IMG/VR virus record: IMGVR_UViG_3300045988_098044
Direction: 5' to 3' (one strand)
Length of the DNA stretch: 45,951 nt
DNA from: a virus
The position numbers and the translations under genes were made by a program. Shown piece by piece: positions 14,624-25,238 of the stretch. Each line of letters opens with the position of its first letter. Within the stretch, counting starts at the first letter, position 1. The notes below the pieces were generated by a model. That model was not told where the DNA came from, did no database searches, and saw only the letters and a list, made by a program, of their open reading frames with translations.

Positions 14624-17600
14624 ATGGCTACACAAAAAGCGGATGGAAGTATTTATATCAAAACAGAGATTGATACAACCGAAGCAAAAGCAAGTGTGAA
14701 AGAAATCGCATCCCTTTTAAAACGTTTATCAAATCAAGTGAAAACCATTGGGAAATCAATGGAAAAAGCCATAAGTGGCGGTATAAAAGCACCAGATATA
14801 AAAGGCATGGATGTTGTCGAAGAAAAAGCAAAGACTGTGGCTGATGAACTGGAAAAGACCGCACAGGCGGAAAAGAAGCTAGAAAGCATAGATATTAAAT
14901 CTAATGCACTAGATACGTTAGATAAAGCTATAGAAAGTACAGGACAGAAGCTTGCAGAGCTAGAAAAAGCACAGATGGATGTATTTAACAGAAATCAAAG
15001 TGCTACAGCTTCTCCTGCGTTTCAAGCAATGGAGAGTGCCGCGGCTAAACTAGATCAGCAATATGAACAGTTGATTGCAAAAAAGAAGCAGTTGGAAACA
15101 TCTACAACAGGAAACACTGGACTTCCTAAGACTGGAAAGCTGACAGGTGGAACAGGTCTGGCAAGTAATGAAAGTGCTAACGCATTAGCTAAACTTAATG
15201 CAGAGATCACAGGCACAGAAACAAAGGTAGAACTGTTAAATAACAGCTTGGAGCAGACAGTACAGGCACAACAAAAGATAAGTGACAGCCCTATCAATAC
15301 TACAGCTTATCAGATTCTTGAACAGACACTACAGCAGGTAGAAGCACAGTTTAATCAAGTGGCACAGACTCAGCAAGAATTGTTTGCAAGAAATCAAAGT
15401 GTTACAAGTTCTCCTGCCTTTATGGCATTGGAGAGTGCGGCAGAGAAGTTGGGCAGGCAGTACGATTCACTGATTGCTAAGAAACGTCAGTTAGAAAGCG
15501 GTGGTGGAACAGTACAAACACCTGCGATCAAGACAGCCCCTATGACTGGTGCATATTCTGCCACGGCATCTAGTGCAAGTCAAAAAGCTTTAGATGCCTT
15601 AAACAAAGAAATAACACAGACAGATGCAAAAGAAAAAGGACTTGTTAACACAAATAGTAGGCTTGGTTCATCATTTAAGAATGTCAGTCAGTCCGCGGAC
15701 AGTGCTAAGACAAAGACAGGCGGTATTTCATCTATCTTTAGCAGGATGGGTGGAGTCGTATCTGGACTTGGAAAACGTCTTGGTGGACTGGCACAGAACT
15801 TCACAAGCACTACAAACAGTGCTAATAATGCAAGATTTTCTATTGGTCGAATGGTCGGTATGAGTATATTATATTCTACCGTTTTTGGAATGATTTCTAA
15901 AGTTAACAGTGGAATCATGACAGGCATCAATAACCTTGCACAGTATTCGTCAGCTACTAATGCTTCGATATCTTCCATGATGTCAGCATTGACTCAGTTA
16001 CAAAACAGTTTGGCAACAGCATTTGCACCGATTTTGTCCGTAGTTGCACCTATATTAACGGCATTCATGAATATGTTATCGAAAGCGATCACGTATGTAG
16101 GAATGTTTATAGCGGCACTGACAGGACAGAAATCTTTTACAAGAGCGAAAGCCGTACAAGAAGATTATGCGGCATCATTGAATAAAACATCCAGTGGTGC
16201 TAATAAAGCGGCAAAAGCCACAAAGAATAACGCAAATGCCACGAAAAAAGCAAATAAAGAGATACAGACATATCTTTCTGGACTTGATGAAGTCCGACAG
16301 TACCAGAAAGAGAAAGATAACGATACCCCTAGTTCTTCTACCCCATCCGCAGGCGGTGGAGGTGGTGGCGGTGGTTACACTGGTCCATCCATTGGAGATA
16401 TGTTTGAGAAAGTTCCTATTGAATCTTCCATTGCAGATATTGCTAAGAAGATTAAGGACCTCATAAAGAAAGAGGATTGGGAGGGACTTGGAGCTTATAT
16501 TGCTAGCGGTATCAACAAAGGTCTACAAAAGATTTATGATGCAATCAACTGGAATAATGTAGGTCCAAAGATAACTTATTTTGTAAATGCATTTACACGG
16601 ACGTTCAATAGTCTTGTAGATCACATAGATTGGGATTTGATGGGACGTACTGTAGGTGCAGGTATTAATACAATTGTTAACACTCTTAATCTTCTGATTG
16701 AGGGAATTAACTGGAAGAACTTAGGGACAAAAATTGGTATTGGTATCAATGGAATGTTTAACGAGGTTGATTGGTCCAACGTAGGACGGTTGTTTGCAAA
16801 CCGTATCAATATACCTTTTCAGATGCTTGCAGGAGCAGTAAATACCCTTAAATGGGATACAATCGGTGAATCTATTGGACACGGGTTAAATGGCGCGATA
16901 GAGCAGATAGACGTTAATTCTATTAGTCTTGGACTTTCTGGTCTGGCAATCGGAATACTTACAACACTGGAAAATGCCTTAGATACTACAAACTGGTCAT
17001 TGCTAGGCACTAAATTAGCACAGCTATTGACTGGAATTGACTGGGTAGGAATCTTAGTAAAAGCAATATCTGTTGCAGGTAAAGCACTCAATGCCTTAAC
17101 TAGTCTTGGAACGTCCTTTATGGATAATTTAGCAAAAGGCATCACAAATGGTACACAGCAGTTTATTAGTAAAGGATTATCAGCACTGACCAATTTTACT
17201 GCAAACTTAAGAAGCAATGCAGGAAAATTAGTAGATTCTGGTCTCCATCTTATGTTAAATCTTGCTAAAGGTATAGCTAATGCCATGCCAGATATCATCA
17301 AAAATGTTCCACAGATCGTTATTAATATTGCAGGAGTCATTAACGATAATGCCCCTAAGATATTGGTCGCAGGAGTACAGCTTATTGCAATCCTGCTAAA
17401 AGGTCTTATACAGTCTATACCAACATTGATTGCAAATGTACCAAAGATTGTGCAGGCAATCGTCAGTGTATTTACAGCTTACAACTGGCTGTCCTTAGGA
17501 AAAAGCTTGATTACTGGTCTTAAGAACGGCATCATGGGTGCAAAATCTAATGCAGTCAATGCAATAAAAAACGTATATAACAGCCTTGTAAATGGTATCA

Positions 17601-18361
17601 AAAATTTGCCTAGCAAATTAAAAGAAATAGGTACTAATGGTGTCAAAAATGTTGGAAGTGGTATCACTGGTAAATTATCAACAGTAAAGACAGCCGCAGG
17701 GAAAATTATTACATATGCAGTCAATGGAATTAAGGGCTTACCTAGTAGTTTAGCTACTAAAGCAAAAGATGCAGTAGTGAAAATGAAAGATAAGTTTACA
17801 AAAGTGGACTGGTTAAGTGTTGGAAAGAACATTGTAAAAGGTATAGCAAAAGGTATTGGAGATTTTGCATGGATTTTGGTTGATAAAATGACAAGTCTTG
17901 CAAGCAAAGCGTTTGATTCAGTAACGAGTTTCTTTGGAATCCATTCTCCATCAAGATTAATGCGAGATAAGGTTGGAAAGATGCTACCAGCAGGTATTAG
18001 TGTTGGTCTGGAAAGAGCATTCCCAGATACAATAAAAACCTTTATGAAACAGTCTAAAGAGTTGGCAAGTATACCATTTAAAACACCAGAGATTGCAACT
18101 GGTAAGATTATACCTGCGAAAGCATCCGCGGTGATCGCACAGAAACAGAGTGGTACAAACAGCAATAATAATGACGTAATTAACTTACTTGAACAGCTAT
18201 TAACAGTTATGAAAGATTTAGAATCAGACAATAACGGTAACAATGGTGGAGATTATCACTTTACCGCACAAATCAATCGCAGAACGTTATTTGATGAATT
18301 TATTGAAGAAGCGAAACTAAGACAAATGAGTAACGGTAGAAACCCATTCAGCCTTGCGTAG
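14624..18361 (+). CDS. Tape measure protein
   Basis: 1245 aa, helical with TM-like central segments, a poly-G run and an internal duplication; canonical position. Confidence 0.9.
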   Translation: MATQKADGSIYIKTEIDTTEAKASVKEIASLLKRLSNQVKTIGKSMEKAISGGIKAPDIKGMDVVEEKAKTVADELEKTAQAEKKLESIDIKSNALDTLDKAIESTGQKLAELEKAQMDVFNRNQSATASPAFQAMESAAAKLDQQYEQLIAKKKQLETSTTGNTGLPKTGKLTGGTGLASNESANALAKLNAEITGTETKVELLNNSLEQTVQAQQKISDSPINTTAYQILEQTLQQVEAQFNQVAQTQQELFARNQSVTSSPAFMALESAAEKLGRQYDSLIAKKRQLESGGGTVQTPAIKTAPMTGAYSATASSASQKALDALNKEITQTDAKEKGLVNTNSRLGSSFKNVSQSADSAKTKTGGISSIFSRMGGVVSGLGKRLGGLAQNFTSTTNSANNARFSIGRMVGMSILYSTVFGMISKVNSGIMTGINNLAQYSSATNASISSMMSALTQLQNSLATAFAPILSVVAPILTAFMNMLSKAITYVGMFIAALTGQKSFTRAKAVQEDYAASLNKTSSGANKAAKATKNNANATKKANKEIQTYLSGLDEVRQYQKEKDNDTPSSSTPSAGGGGGGGGYTGPSIGDMFEKVPIESSIADIAKKIKDLIKKEDWEGLGAYIASGINKGLQKIYDAINWNNVGPKITYFVNAFTRTFNSLVDHIDWDLMGRTVGAGINTIVNTLNLLIEGINWKNLGTKIGIGINGMFNEVDWSNVGRLFANRINIPFQMLAGAVNTLKWDTIGESIGHGLNGAIEQIDVNSISLGLSGLAIGILTTLENALDTTNWSLLGTKLAQLLTGIDWVGILVKAISVAGKALNALTSLGTSFMDNLAKGITNGTQQFISKGLSALTNFTANLRSNAGKLVDSGLHLMLNLAKGIANAMPDIIKNVPQIVINIAGVINDNAPKILVAGVQLIAILLKGLIQSIPTLIANVPKIVQAIVSVFTAYNWLSLGKSLITGLKNGIMGAKSNAVNAIKNVYNSLVNGIKNLPSKLKEIGTNGVKNVGSGITGKLSTVKTAAGKIITYAVNGIKGLPSSLATKAKDAVVKMKDKFTKVDWLSVGKNIVKGIAKGIGDFAWILVDKMTSLASKAFDSVTSFFGIHSPSRLMRDKVGKMLPAGISVGLERAFPDTIKTFMKQSKELASIPFKTPEIATGKIIPAKASAVIAQKQSGTNSNNNDVINLLEQLLTVMKDLESDNNGNNGGDYHFTAQINRRTLFDEFIEEAKLRQMSNGRNPFSLA

Positions 18362-18373
18362 AAAGGAGTAAAT

Positions 18374-18754
18374 ATGGCACAAGATTATATAAAAATCAAC
18401 GGTGTGAAAATATGGCAACCAGATTGTGACATAGCTGTAGCACTCGAAACCACGTATACGCAAGGTTCAACAAGGGCACAGTCTGGAAAAGGGAAATTTA
18501 CACCGATGTTTACGGTAGAGCGTTTCCCATATACGGCTACGGATATTCCAATGTCAGAAGCTTCAAAAATCCTGCAAATGGTAGCAAAAGGAAAACCTTT
18601 TGATTTGCATTATTTTTCTGTGTACCACAATGAATGGAGAACGGCTAAGTTTTATGTCGGACAGGTATCGGACATAAAAATACAAACATTGGAGAAAAAC
18701 AAAGAGAAATTATCTAGTTTTTCGTTCAATGCACAGGGGGTTAACCCGATATGA
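18374..18754 (+). CDS. Distal tail protein-like (small form), putative
   Basis: Position between the tape measure and Tal-like genes; AAAGGAG RBS. Confidence 0.5.
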   Translation: MAQDYIKINGVKIWQPDCDIAVALETTYTQGSTRAQSGKGKFTPMFTVERFPYTATDIPMSEASKILQMVAKGKPFDLHYFSVYHNEWRTAKFYVGQVSDIKIQTLEKNKEKLSSFSFNAQGVNPI

Positions 18755-21700
18755 TAAATGTAAGCAATGAGTTTAAAACTCTAATGTCAGAGAGACAGGA
18801 CTTTAAAGAATACGCAGAAGTAACACTTGCAAATGGCACAGTTTTAGAACTGACAGAAGATGATTTCACAACAACAAACAATAGTCTGGTTGATTCTGCA
18901 GGGGCAAACTCTATTCCTTTAGGAGTTGCCCTTAGCAGAAATGTACAGTTAGAAATCATGAATGACGATGATCACTTGTCTGATTATGATTTCTTTGGTG
19001 CGAAAATCAGACTGTATCTGACGTTTGAATTATCATCTACAATCGAAAAAATTGAATACGGTACATTTACCGTCACTCAGCCAGAAACCTACGGAAGTGT
19101 TGTAACGATTGTTGGATACGATGATATGTATAAAGCGGATAAGACATACAGCACGACATTGACATTTCCTGCGACAGCAAAGAGCGTGTTAATTGATAGT
19201 TGTGATACCTGCGGTATCTTGATTGGAAATAGTAACTTTTTACATAATGACTTCCAGATACCAACCATGCCGTCTAGCGAGTACACACACCGACAAATTA
19301 TAGGTTTTATAGCTATGATTGCCTGCGGAAACGCAAGAATTGACCGTACAGGACATTTACAGATAATGACCTATGATTTTAATTACAATAGCGGTAATGT
19401 TCATACTTTGACTGATTACAACACTCTGACGAATGATACAAACGATGTGCAGGTAACAGGCGTGCAAATGACACGTACTGTCAAAAAAACTGTAACTGAC
19501 GAAGAGGGAAACGAGAATGAAGAAGATGTTGAAGAAACTGTAAAAGTAGGTTCAGACAGCTATATCTTATCTTTGGAGAATCCACTTGTAAAAGGACATG
19601 AGGAAACACTTGTTTCTTGGGTTTATGACAAATTTAAAGCAGTGGCATTCCGTGGATTTACGATGGATTACATATCTTATCCAATTGCTGAGTTTATGGA
19701 CAAGATAAAAGTCACAGACTGGAAAGGGAAAAGTTTCTATTCAGTATTAACAGATGTAAACTTTGTATTCTTTGGGTATACAACACTGCAAAACAGTGCA
19801 GAGTCTCCAATGAGAAATCAAAGTAATTATACATCGAGTGAGCAAAAAGCACTGATTCAAGGAAAAGAGTTAGTTGAACGTGAAAAGACAAATCGTGAAA
19901 AGGCAGTTGAAAAGTTAAATAATACATTAAAAAACAGCTCTGGCATGTATTCTACAGCAGAAAAACAGCCAGACGGCTCTACTATTTACTATTTGCACGA
20001 TAAACCAACAATCGCAGAATCACAGAATGTTATCAAACTAACAGCCGAAGCAATTGGTTTTTCTACGGATGGCGGTAAAAATTATCCATATGGCTTTACA
20101 ATCACAGGCGAAATGATAACACGTTTGCTATATGCAGAGGGAATTGATGCAGATTATATCAACTCTGGTGCGATTACTGTCAAAGATAGTGCAGGAAACA
20201 TTATCTTTCAAGTTGATATGGATACCGGCAAGGTAGTTATCAGTGGAGACAACATTTCTATCGGTGGAAAGAAATTAACCGAAGAAATTGAGGATATAAA
20301 AAAGGCAGGAAATCTAATCCTTAAGATGGATAACGAATACCAAGGTATTAGTGTAGATCACGAGGGAAATTATGTGAAATTTCCAAAAGTGACGTTTACA
20401 GTACAGACGTTTTGGGGGCAGACGGACGTAACAAAAGATACTACCTTTTCGTTTGCAAAATCTGATGGCGTAAACGGTACGTTTGATACATCTAGTAAAG
20501 TTTATACAGTGTCAAGTCTCACAACAGACACTGGATGGATAGATGTTACAGCAACATATATGACATACACAACTAAAAAGCGGTTTAATATCGCAAAAAT
20601 ACGTGACGGTAGTCCAGGCAGAGTGTACTTGTTAGAACCATCTATAAACATTCTGAAAAAAGCACAGGACGGAAGTACAACACCAGATGAAATGACATTT
20701 AAGGCATATTACAGAGATGGCACAAACTCAGCGAAAGTTGAATATCAAGGAATTTTTGTGATAGAAGAATCGAAAGATGGCAAGACATGGGCAAAGACTT
20801 ATGAAAGTTCAAGTGTTGAAAGTTCATTGACGTATTCTTTCTATAATTGCTTAGAGGTTAAGACAGGAGATTATCTGACAACCAATGCAGGAAGTATGAT
20901 TGTGGTCAGCAAACGGAGCATGAAAGATGTGTTGTATATACGATGCAGGCTGTATACAGCAGATAAAAAGACCGTACTTGACGAAGAATCAATACCGTTG
21001 GTTATGGACGTTGAAGCACTGACACACGAAGATATATTTAATCTGTTGACGAACAATGGAGAATGGCAAGGTATTTATCGTGGGTCTGACGGAAAACTGT
21101 ATATAAATTTTACTTATGGAAGAGGTGGAGTGTTAAATTTAGGTGGGAAAGCTACCACATATGGAAACGGAGAACTGCATGTTTACAATATGTGGGATCA
21201 AGAAATTGTGACGGTAGACACTAGAGGGATTTTGGTGTCGAATTATTCCCTACAAAGCGATAAAACTCCACAATCATATATATGCTTGCTGCCAGAATTA
21301 TTCAATGATGGAATGTACGTTTCTAAAAGTAAGGACGGGGCAGGAAAAGCTTCAATAGTAAAACACGATCGTATAAAAGTTAAAAATTCAGAAAACAGTG
21401 TTGGCGCGCCATTTGACTGGGAATCAACAGAGACAAATATAGATTATGAAAGCATATTAATATCTCACGGATTAAACAGTACAGAAAAAGGTCAATTTCA
21501 TGTAAGTATAGGAGAAAAAAAAGAATTTTTTGTTTCTGACTTGGATTCATCATTTTATGGAAATGTAGATATTTCTGGTGGAAATTTGTCTGTTTCTAAA
21601 GATTTTAGTTGTGCAGGGACGAAAAAGAGAATAGTTGATACTGAAAATTACGATATTCGTTCACAGTATTGCTATGAGACAGCAACTCCAATGTTTGGAG

Positions 21701-22053
21701 ATATTGGAACGGCACAAACCGATGAAACTGGAGAATGTTATATAAACATTGATGATATATTTGCAGAAACAGTAAACACAGGTGTTGAGTACCAAGTATT
21801 CTTACAGAAAGAGGGAAAAGGCGACTTATGGGTAGAAGAAAAGACTGACAGTTACTTTATCGTAAAAGGTACTGAAAATCTTAAGTTTTCATGGGAAATC
21901 AAAGCAATTCAGAGAGATTATGAGTTTGAACGACTTGAAAAATTCGACAACTCAGAGAAACAAGAAGTAATTGACTATGAGAAAGAATACATGGAAGAAA
22001 TCAATGATTTAATTAAAGAGCAGGAGGAAATATTAAATGAAACAGTTGAGTAG
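18751..22053 (+). CDS. Tail-associated / baseplate hub protein (Tal-like minor structural protein)
   Basis: 1100 aa; ATGA overlap with the upstream gene; canonical position. Confidence 0.75.
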   Translation: MINVSNEFKTLMSERQDFKEYAEVTLANGTVLELTEDDFTTTNNSLVDSAGANSIPLGVALSRNVQLEIMNDDDHLSDYDFFGAKIRLYLTFELSSTIEKIEYGTFTVTQPETYGSVVTIVGYDDMYKADKTYSTTLTFPATAKSVLIDSCDTCGILIGNSNFLHNDFQIPTMPSSEYTHRQIIGFIAMIACGNARIDRTGHLQIMTYDFNYNSGNVHTLTDYNTLTNDTNDVQVTGVQMTRTVKKTVTDEEGNENEEDVEETVKVGSDSYILSLENPLVKGHEETLVSWVYDKFKAVAFRGFTMDYISYPIAEFMDKIKVTDWKGKSFYSVLTDVNFVFFGYTTLQNSAESPMRNQSNYTSSEQKALIQGKELVEREKTNREKAVEKLNNTLKNSSGMYSTAEKQPDGSTIYYLHDKPTIAESQNVIKLTAEAIGFSTDGGKNYPYGFTITGEMITRLLYAEGIDADYINSGAITVKDSAGNIIFQVDMDTGKVVISGDNISIGGKKLTEEIEDIKKAGNLILKMDNEYQGISVDHEGNYVKFPKVTFTVQTFWGQTDVTKDTTFSFAKSDGVNGTFDTSSKVYTVSSLTTDTGWIDVTATYMTYTTKKRFNIAKIRDGSPGRVYLLEPSINILKKAQDGSTTPDEMTFKAYYRDGTNSAKVEYQGIFVIEESKDGKTWAKTYESSSVESSLTYSFYNCLEVKTGDYLTTNAGSMIVVSKRSMKDVLYIRCRLYTADKKTVLDEESIPLVMDVEALTHEDIFNLLTNNGEWQGIYRGSDGKLYINFTYGRGGVLNLGGKATTYGNGELHVYNMWDQEIVTVDTRGILVSNYSLQSDKTPQSYICLLPELFNDGMYVSKSKDGAGKASIVKHDRIKVKNSENSVGAPFDWESTETNIDYESILISHGLNSTEKGQFHVSIGEKKEFFVSDLDSSFYGNVDISGGNLSVSKDFSCAGTKKRIVDTENYDIRSQYCYETATPMFGDIGTAQTDETGECYINIDDIFAETVNTGVEYQVFLQKEGKGDLWVEEKTDSYFIVKGTENLKFSWEIKAIQRDYEFERLEKFDNSEKQEVIDYEKEYMEEINDLIKEQEEILNETVE

Positions 22054-22237
22054 CTTTATGGTATTAAACATTGACGGCGGAGACAGAGTAACATACACAT
22101 ACAACAAGATTGACGATAGCACAGGCGAACCAATCAGCAGAAATAATAAGGGTAATTTTTATATAGTGGACGATGAACTCAAAAAGCATGTCAAAGCTAT
22201 TAGAGACTTTATCAAGGATAACAAACTGAACGATTAA
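22037..22237 (+). CDS. Hypothetical 66-aa protein
   Basis: AGGAGGAAA RBS; 17-nt overlap with the Tal-like gene. Confidence 0.55.
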   Translation: MKQLSSFMVLNIDGGDRVTYTYNKIDDSTGEPISRNNKGNFYIVDDELKKHVKAIRDFIKDNKLND

Positions 22238-22451
22238 GAGTAATATTATGGCAATTAATATACCTTTAGTACATATCACTATTTATCATTGTTTTTTGTA
22301 TGCAATTAGAACTTTTGCAAGAATCATTAGGTCAAGATGTAAAACCTAAAAGTTAAGATTTTGGTCTAATCTGGAAGCGTTGGTCAAACGGTAGAAGTGC
22401 CGATTGTAGAAAGTATCGAAGCATTATCCGATGGTAAATTAAGGAGGGCAT

Positions 22452-22559
22452 ATGAACGTAGATATGACGTTTTCCGTGTTGTCGGAAAATCTTAGCACAA
22501 AAATAAATACAATCACTACAGAAGTAAAAGAGGTGGATGCAAATGTCAAAGATAAATGA
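22452..22559 (+). CDS. Hypothetical 35-aa ORF
   Basis: Strong AAGGAGGG RBS 3 nt upstream of the ATG (short spacing); overlaps the fibre gene start. Confidence 0.3.
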   Translation: MNVDMTFSVLSENLSTKINTITTEVKEVDANVKDK

Positions 22560-24822
22560 TTTACCGCTGTTATCTAATCCGACAGAAGATATGTATTGTC
22601 TGGTTGGGAAAGATGATTTAAAGAAAGTTCCATGGTCTGCGATTATGGGGCAGATTGGGTCCCCTTATATTGCGACTACTGCCGCAGGTATGACAGACAA
22701 AACAAGGGTCTATGTCTATCAAGGTAGTGAGTCTGGTTACACAAGTGGCAATTGGTATTACTGGAATGGGTCTGCATGGACTTCTGGTGGTACTTATAAT
22801 TCGGTTGCGGTAGACACAGATAAAACACTTACACAATCAGATAAGCCTGCGGATTCGGCTGTAGTTGGAAAGAAAATTGGTTCACTAAAGGAAAATATGG
22901 ATGAAAAATTAATTCACATCAAATCAAAAAATCTAATTAATGTAACAAAAGCAGTCAAAGGCTATCGAGAAAATTATAACGCACAAATCGTAAAAAACGA
23001 TGCGTATGCTTACATAAGAGTTGATGTAGATCCTAACACAACTTATACTGTCAGCGAATCAATAGCAAGAAATGTTTTCATTTACCAACTGTCTAGTGGA
23101 AAAGGCGTCTTACCTGCATACTCTATTGGTTATCCTGATAAAAGTGTTACATTTACAACCGGTGAAAAGACTGATCAAATTTCGTTTAATTTTGAAATAC
23201 CTGCAATTGATAGTATACAAATGGAAAAAGGTACGTCAGCAACTGATTATGAGGCTTTTTTTGATTTTTATAGGTCGAAAGATATAGATTATTTATCAAA
23301 AAAAGAGATGTATGACACTCTGTTTAAAGGATTGTTAACAAAAAAAAGCAGCAAAAATTTGATAGACCAACGCAAAATATTGAAAGGAAAACGCTTTGAT
23401 GAAAACGGAGAAGCATATGATCAAAGCGGTTATGACTCTATAAGGGTAAATGTGTCATCTGGCACAATTTATACATTGAGTAATTCTGAGTCGAACAATG
23501 GTAATATGTTTGTAACAGGGAAAGACATTAACAACAAAACAACATTTTCGACTAATCGTGAATACCCAAATGATTATGTGACATTCACAACAACGGATGA
23601 TACAAGCGAACTTCTACTATCTTTTGAGAGCCGGCAAACGAAAACAATCCAGTTGGAAAATAATCCAAGTAAGACAAACTATGAAGAGTATTATTTATAC
23701 TACACATTGCCGGAATCAATATGTGATGAAATTGGCTTTGAAAACCGAAACATCAAAAAAGAAGTATCTGAAATCAAAATGAAGGCAATAAATGCGACAG
23801 AATATCTCTCACAAGAGGAAGAGTTAATAAAAAAAGTACAAGATTCATTAGACGCTGATAGCATTGTATTTACGCTTGTTACAGATGTGCATGGAACGAA
23901 CAAAAATAACGGGTACATTGTTACGGACGGTTATAAATTTAATAATAATTTTGGATACAAAAATTTTAAAGAGTTTGCAAGAATAGTAAGTAAATTGTCG
24001 CTTAATACAAATTCTGATTTTATCATTAATCTTGGTGATACGATTAATTCTACATCTGACGAAGCTTATTTGGAATCAAACAGTTCGATTCCAGAAGTAA
24101 ACAAAACAGAAATCAAACATAGATACGCCGAATTTACCAGATTTATATGCTACGATTCAATACCTTATTTCTTCTGTAACGCACATCATGAAATGTTTCC
24201 GTTAGAAAATGAAAATCATTTATCAAAATCGGAAATTGCCGGAATTGCGGGGAGAAATAACAAATACATTGAAAAAATATATGATGATGAATCAGATAAA
24301 AATTATTACTTTTTTGACATTCGTAATGTTCGCTTTATAGTATTAGATTCAGTTTGTGACACTCAACCAGGCATCGGAAGAAGTTATTCAGCAGAAGAAT
24401 TATCATGGCTGAAAAATATCGCTCTAAATACGGAGCATAATGTTGTTGTTTTTAGTCACGTTGCAACAAGAGATAATTTAGGCACGAATATATATTCTGG
24501 TGGGGAAGAATTGGCTAAGATTTTAAACGATTTTCATAATGAAAATCATAAAATCTTGGCTTTCTATCACGGTCATACACACTTTGATAACATAGTGTTG
24601 CCGAACGAAAGTGGAGATAAATTTCCTTACATTTCTACGGAAAAATCATGGTGCACTACATATACACCAGATACATCGAGTGTACTTGGGCAACCTACCA
24701 CATATGAAAGAAATTACAACACGTATGAAGAATATTGTATAGACGTAAATGTTTTAAATTCCAAAAACGGAAAAATAAATATTTTTAGATTTGGAGCCGG
24801 AAACGACAGAACAGTTAATTAA
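22543..24822 (+). CDS. Tail fibre / receptor-binding protein with two tandem CBM-like domains and a C-terminal metallophosphoesterase domain
   Basis: Start MSKINDLPLL follows a GAGGTG RBS. Fibre motif DKTLTQSDKPADSAVVGK. MPE motifs DVHG, GDT, NAHHE, SH, GHTH. Confidence 0.8.
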   Translation: MSKINDLPLLSNPTEDMYCLVGKDDLKKVPWSAIMGQIGSPYIATTAAGMTDKTRVYVYQGSESGYTSGNWYYWNGSAWTSGGTYNSVAVDTDKTLTQSDKPADSAVVGKKIGSLKENMDEKLIHIKSKNLINVTKAVKGYRENYNAQIVKNDAYAYIRVDVDPNTTYTVSESIARNVFIYQLSSGKGVLPAYSIGYPDKSVTFTTGEKTDQISFNFEIPAIDSIQMEKGTSATDYEAFFDFYRSKDIDYLSKKEMYDTLFKGLLTKKSSKNLIDQRKILKGKRFDENGEAYDQSGYDSIRVNVSSGTIYTLSNSESNNGNMFVTGKDINNKTTFSTNREYPNDYVTFTTTDDTSELLLSFESRQTKTIQLENNPSKTNYEEYYLYYTLPESICDEIGFENRNIKKEVSEIKMKAINATEYLSQEEELIKKVQDSLDADSIVFTLVTDVHGTNKNNGYIVTDGYKFNNNFGYKNFKEFARIVSKLSLNTNSDFIINLGDTINSTSDEAYLESNSSIPEVNKTEIKHRYAEFTRFICYDSIPYFFCNAHHEMFPLENENHLSKSEIAGIAGRNNKYIEKIYDDESDKNYYFFDIRNVRFIVLDSVCDTQPGIGRSYSAEELSWLKNIALNTEHNVVVFSHVATRDNLGTNIYSGGEELAKILNDFHNENHKILAFYHGHTHFDNIVLPNESGDKFPYISTEKSWCTTYTPDTSSVLGQPTTYERNYNTYEEYCIDVNVLNSKNGKINIFRFGAGNDRTVN

Positions 24823-24867
24823 AGCAGGCTTTAGTTAACCAAAAGAAGTTTTATCAAGTATAAAAAA

Positions 24868-24890
24868 TCCCCCTACAAACTGTAGGGGGA
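24868..24890. terminator. Perfect 10-bp GC hairpin (TCCCCCTACA-AAC-TGTAGGGGGA); the U-run is present only on the minus-strand reading
   Basis: Read directly. An A-run lies upstream on the plus strand, so the T-run follows on the minus strand. Confidence 0.45.
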
Positions 24891-24970
24891 AAGTATAAAA
24901 TTGAAGATTAAGTATGAAAAATCTTCAAATACATATTAACATATATTTCCACAAAATGAAAGGAGAAATT

Positions 24971-25237
24971 ATGAATCTTAAATTACGTTTCAAGAATAAA
25001 GCAACATTAGTAGCATTGGCCTCTTCCTTAATTGCATTTATCTATCAGATTCTAGGAATCTTAGGTATCACAGCACCAATCGCACAGGATGCAGTATCAC
25101 AGCTTGTAGGTATCATCCTTAATATCTTAGTGACTGTTGGGGTATTGGTGGACCCAACAACAAAGGGAATCGGGGATAGCGAGCTTGCAAAGAACAAAAC
25201 AGATATTGCAGAGGTAATCGAATATAAGGAGGACTAA
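24971..25237 (+). CDS. Holin (phi LC3 / Phage_holin_1-like); start refined to ATG 24971
   Basis: AAAGGAGAA RBS. MNLKLRFKNKATLVAL followed by two TM segments; lies immediately upstream of the endolysin. Confidence 0.75.
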   Translation: MNLKLRFKNKATLVALASSLIAFIYQILGILGITAPIAQDAVSQLVGIILNILVTVGVLVDPTTKGIGDSELAKNKTDIAEVIEYKED

Positions 25238-25238
25238 T

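Noticed and set aside
16819-18243. Long minus-strand ORFs (173 aa and 254 aa) inside the tape measure gene
   Set aside because: They are antisense shadows of a long, compositionally biased plus-strand gene. They have no RBS, have hydrophobic low-complexity translations, and conflict with an unambiguous tape measure protein.
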